Positions 60,441-64,000 of a stretch of DNA of 64,000 bases are shown here, piece by piece. Each line of letters starts with the position of its first letter. The first letter of the stretch is position 1. The notes beneath the pieces are model-generated. The model was given only the letters and a program-made list of their open reading frames with translations, was not told the origin of the DNA and searched no databases. The stretch is taken from contig MU060970.1 of NCBI GenBank assembly GCA_013265495.1, positions 11,485,063-11,549,062 of the forward strand. Reading direction: 5' to 3'. Source of the stretch: Vicugna vicugna (Eukaryota). A program made the position numbers and the translations under genes.

Positions 60441-62781
60441 TTATCTCTGAATGAGGGTATCCAGATAGTGGGTGATTAGAAAGCTGCTGATGCAATTGTG
60501 ACCCCTGGATTCATACCCGATATACTGCCAGGATAGAACACGCAATATATACCACGTTTGGGCAGCCCTTGCTTGGAACTTTTACTTACAATATAGTGTT
60601 TACTTATTAATATAACTTCAGTTTCAAAAAATGGAAGTGGCCTGGATGTCCCCAGCCCAGGGGTATCCCTTCTGTAGCCTATTCCAGTGTTTAGCTATCA
60701 CAGCTTCCCAAAACTCATTCCTTCGAACTCTCCTGTAGTTACCTGTTGCCTCTGTTCTCTCTGGCTCTGTCTTTCCTGTGGCAAGAGGAGGCTGTTTATA
60801 TGCTCTGTAATGAGGTCACCCACATTCTGTATCATCATAGGGATAATAGTCCCTTACCTTTGGATAACACTTTTTCACCTTACCAAGCACTTTCAGACTA
60901 TTATCTCACTTAAGCTGAGCCACAACCCTGTGATGGATGCAGGCTGCTTATTATTCTTTTCGTTATTGTTATTGATATTACTATTCCTACATTTTAAGAG
61001 ATAGAGAGACTGAGGCTCAAACAGGTTATGACTTCCCTGAGGTAGACAGCCAGGACCTGTGGTGCTGGGAGTAGTGCTCAAGCTTCTGGCTGGTCACCTT
61101 TTGCACATCCTCCTGTTGGGTACCCACTCTTTGTCATCACATCTGCTGAACCGCTTGGGGATGAGCAGCATCCATTTCTTGAGCTCCTGACACATAAAGG
61201 GCAGAATGTGTACAGAAGGTGATAATAATCATAGATAACATTTATAGACAGCTAGGCTGAGTCAGATGCTGTTCTAGGCCTTCTAGAGATCTTATCTCTA
61301 ATATGCCCAACTTCCATACCAGGTGGGTATTATTATGCCTGTTTTACAGATAAGGAAGCAGCCTCAGAGAAGCTGATGTGTCTCTGGAAATTCTCTAGCC
61401 TCTTGCTGTGGTTGGGAACAGTCCACTGTGCATAGCCTTTGATTTCACGTGTGCTTTGTTTCAAATGCTGGCTCTCCCACCCACTTGCTGTGTGACCAAG
61501 AGTCTCAACCTGTTCTTGCGTCTGAAAAATAGGAGGAGGAGGTCCTCATTCAGAGCGTACTCTTTAGAGGATTTAATGTCAGGCCCAGCCAAGGTTTAGC
61601 CAATGAGAATGGTGGTTAGGCGCCAGTCTAGGTCCAAAAGGATGCTGGGGCCCATGAGGCTTGGAGAAGAGGGGCAGACTGGAGAACAGCGTGTCTGACT
61701 GTGGGGGCCATGCTTCAGTTTCAGTGTTTCCCCCTTCGGAGTACATATCAGGCAATATCAGCCAAAGTCTGTAGTTGTAGACTTCAGAAAATGAGGTACG
61801 GTCTGTTCACAGTGACTTTGGTATTAATAAGTCCTCTGTTGAAGCCAGTTTATTATTTGCCTATTTACTGCAGTTCCACCCCTGTAGTTCCTGTCCTTCT
61901 CTCTCCATCCCAATATTTAGTAGATTTCTGATAGGTACAACCCTTCCTCTATCACCTCTGTCCTGCAGAGTGAAACTGGGCAGCATACCTAATGCCATAC
62001 CACATCCAGTGGCATGTGCTGGTTTGGGTAGCTTAAGCTCCAACCAGAGAGCACTTTTAAAATGGAAATGCACTGTCATCTACAATGAATGGTGGACCAC
62101 ACCCTATACCAGCCACAGCCCAAAGGCAAGGCACACAGTGTACAGAGCCTAGCAGCCAAGAATGGGTGGTTGCCAAATTGAGTCAAGAAGCACCCTGCCC
62201 CAGGAGCTTCTGACTTCTCTTGGGTGGAGCCCGGGTTTTTTGATGGGAATCCTTTGCCATGATTGGGTGGGTACTGTCGAGTTCAAGGTGGAAGACTGAA
62301 CTTGGTAACTGGGGATCTGATTCTCCAAGCAGGCTCTGGACAAGCTACTTGGCTTCCATGTCTCCATCAGTGAATTCATTTGGAAGTATCTACTGAGCTC
62401 TTGATACGGCCCTGGCTCCAGATTCAGGGGTGAATGAGGGCAAACCTTATGAAGCTTCCATGGGATCCACCTACTGTGGTGAGGACTCCTTGCATCCAGG
62501 TCTTCTGGCTGAATTTAGATGGAGTTATTTTTCTGTCCACACTGAGTTAGCCTTGGAAGCCCTGGGGTAGCAATGGCTGGCAGTGTGTATTGTATTGCAC
62601 CACAACCCTCTCTTCTATGGCTTCCTGTACCTCTTGGGATTTAGAATAAGGCCCTCCATAGTCTGGCTTCATCTCCTGCCTTTCTCCATCTCACTTTCTG
62701 TGCTCCTGTTCCTCACACAGACCATGCTCCCTCCTGTCACAGGACTTTTGCACATGCTATTCTCATTGCCTGGTTGTTCTC

Positions 62782-63278
62782 TGTGATGAGCAGACTTTAA
62801 GGTGACCCCCATGACCCCTAACTTCTGGTGTTCACATCCACAAGTGTGGGTGGGACCTGTGACTTGCTTCTAACCCATAGAATATGGCAAAGGTGAGAGA
62901 ATGTCCCTTTTGTGATTAAGTTATGTAAGACTTCATCTTGCTAGAGCCTCTCTCCCTCGCTCTCTCTCTGTTGCTGGTTTTGAAGAAGCAAGCTACTCTG
63001 AGTCCTACAGTCATCAGAAAATGAATTCTGTCAACAACCTGAGGGAGCCTGGAGGTGACCCTTCCCCAATCAGGCCTCCATGTGAGAACACAACCCTGCC
63101 TCACACCTTGATTGCAGCCTTGCAGAGGACCCAGCTAAGTCGTGCTGGGACTCCTGACCCACAGAGACTGTGAGATAGAAAATGTATTATTTTTAAGTCG
63201 GTAAGTTTGTTGTTTAAAAAAGAAAAAGCTGTGTAAATGTGTTACTGTTTTCTATATGCAGCATAGAAAATCAGTATA
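62782..63278 (+). mobile_element. MLT1 (D/E-like) MaLR LTR
   Basis: GAATTCTGTCAACAACCTGAGGGAGCCTGGA..CTCCTGACCCACAGAGACTGTGAGATA..GCAGCATAGAAAA. Confidence 0.85.
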
Positions 63279-63519
63279 TTCTCTAACATTCACCTAGTTT
63301 ACTCCTACTCATCCCTTATCATTCCCATCCCACTGAGATGAGTCTTCTCATCAACCAAGATGCCAAGGCCCAATCTCCTGGTTAGAGGCTCTCATGCCAT
63401 TGTGTGCCTTACTACCCTATGACTTACACAGTTATAACTGTGTGATTGTTTAATTGATAGCTGCCCCCTCATCCACCCCCAAACCGTAAGTGCTTCCCCC
63501 CTACCCCAAATCCCTCCCT

Positions 63520-63975
63520 TGGACAGAGACCTCTAATTGTTCCTCAGTATCCTTTTCCCCTTTTCACAAGTTTTAGCCAGGCCCGTGAACATTCAGCCGT
63601 AGACTACATTTCCCAGCCTCCCTTGCAGTTAGGTGTGGTCACATGACCAAGTCCAGGCTACACTACGTAAGAGACTGCTGCGTGTAACATATGGGTCATC
63701 TCCTTAAAGGCAAAGTGGCTTACTCTAGACATATTTCTTTTCCTCTTCCTGCCAGCTCGGAAATAGTATAACTGCAATAGCAGCCTTGGACCCAGAGAAG
63801 AAAGGAACATATTGAAGATGATAGAGTAACTGGCCATCTTGGTTTTTTGATGACCTTTTGGAGCAGAGCTTCCCTAGATCACCTGTTTCATAGAAGAAAC
63901 AGACTATTTCATTTAAGCTGAAGCATTTGGAGGTCTTTTATAGCAGCCTAGATGTACCCTAATTGATATGCTCCC
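63520..63975 (+). mobile_element. MLT1J-like MaLR LTR fragment
   Basis: ACTACATTTCCCAGCCTCCCTTGCAGTTAGGTGTGGTCACATGACC. Confidence 0.7.
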
Positions 63976-64000
63976 TGAGAATAAATTAGGGGTGTCCTGT

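Overview
Mammalian genomic DNA, most likely a camelid: four copies of a tRNA-derived SINE resemble camelid vic-1, and there are cetartiodactyl-type L1 3' ends. The window holds the syntenic NODAL / EIF4EBP2 locus. NODAL is on + with three exons (CDS 21881-22076, 26396-27093, 28695-28847; 348 aa, intact). EIF4EBP2 is convergent on - (CDS 54316-54172, about 39972-39787, 38792-38761; 120 aa expected), with a roughly 6.4-kb 3'UTR ending near 32350. Most of EIF4EBP2 exon 2 lies inside an N-run. Motif clusters consistent with the known Nodal enhancer set (PEE, NDE, AIE/LSE, HBE, ASE) occur in the expected order; these assignments rest on position and motif only. A 5'-truncated RPS15A retrocopy lies head-to-head with the EIF4EBP2 CpG-island promoter. 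The rest is MIR, L2, L1, MaLR, MER21 and DNA-transposon debris plus eight N-runs of 154-214 nt. I found no CRISPR, rRNA, true tRNA or prokaryote-type system, and I cannot claim a proven new system. The best leads are: (1) a possible spliced divergent transcript giving a 91-aa chimeric ORF (novel N-terminus, KKRKRKR, RPS15A fragment); (2) a CUG-repeat / poly-Gly uORF in the EIF4EBP2 5'UTR; (3) extra RBPJ and TCF site clusters upstream of NODAL outside the expected enhancer positions; (4) a long antisense ORF over NODAL exon 2. Repeat subfamily names and ortholog comparisons come from recall, not from database searches.
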